A stretch of DNA of 63,525 bases, counting the filler, from Octopus bimaculoides (taxonomy: Eukaryota): NCBI RefSeq assembly GCF_001194135.2. It is 6 parts of 5 records of this genome, joined end to end, with 100 filler letters (N's around TTAATTAATTAA, not from the genome) between each part and the next. Parts side by side here need not be neighbours in the genome. Positions count along the whole stretch, not along the records: positions 61,636 to 63,525 come from NC_068989.1; 5 more parts are not named here. One strand, written 5' to 3'. Below are positions 63,259 through 63,525 of this stretch, one piece after another; position 1 is the first letter of the stretch; each line of letters starts with the position of its first letter. Under the pieces are notes generated by a model. That model saw only the letters and a program-made list of their open reading frames with translations, was not told the DNA's origin and made no database searches. A program made the position numbers and the translations under genes.

Positions 63259-63525
63259 GAAACTTTTTATCTGTAAGTATGAGATCATGGAGAACCACAC
63301 TGATGTTGAACAATGACAATGAATCTCTAAATGCTGGAGATGTAAGAATTTCATGTGGCATTTACCAGGGTGACTCACTATCACCACTCCTCTTCTGTCT
63401 AGCCCTAATACCGCTCTCAAAATTGCTAAATGATGCACAGTATGGTTATAAAATATTTGATAAAAATATAAATCATCTCATTTACATGGATGATTTAAAG
63501 CTCTTTGCAAAAAATGACCAACAAC
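63259..63525 (+). mobile_element. R4/Dong-like RT fragment, open frame running to the window end; same family as 63-1826
   Basis: NFLSVSMRSWRTTL..GIYQGDSLSPLLFCLALIPLSKLLND..NHLIYMDDLKLFAKNDQQ; 63432-63525 matches 63-156 at 92 of 94 bases. Confidence 0.93.

Overview
Eukaryotic, AT-rich draft-assembly DNA with many N gaps, very dense microsatellites and many transposon fragments. The SINE families and repeat landscape suggest an octopus (cephalopod) intron or intergenic region; this is inferred from my recall of those repeats, not from a search. I cannot identify any host protein-coding gene with confidence, and most ORFs in the track are microsatellite or N-gap artefacts. Supported content: six fragments of restriction-like-endonuclease non-LTR elements (R4/Dong-like, three abutting (TAA)n tracts); CR1, RTE and L1/Tx1 LINE fragments; a 2.0-kb Gypsy element with two LTRs, PBS, PPT and a near-TSD that keeps only integrase; a Helitron 5' half and a 91-bp mini-Helitron; Tigger, mariner, hAT and Academ-like DNA elements; a 371-bp fold-back element; and at least four tRNA-type SINE families. 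The most notable small signals are a type I hammerhead ribozyme fold with a G12A change (39955-39996), a short 28S rRNA-like segment (45009-45053), a SINE tail shared with a CR1 LINE, and a triple-C2H2 LINE tail. Five artificial 100-bp scaffold linkers mean adjacency across them is uncertain. I see no convincing new multi-gene system; any novelty is at the level of mobile-element biology.
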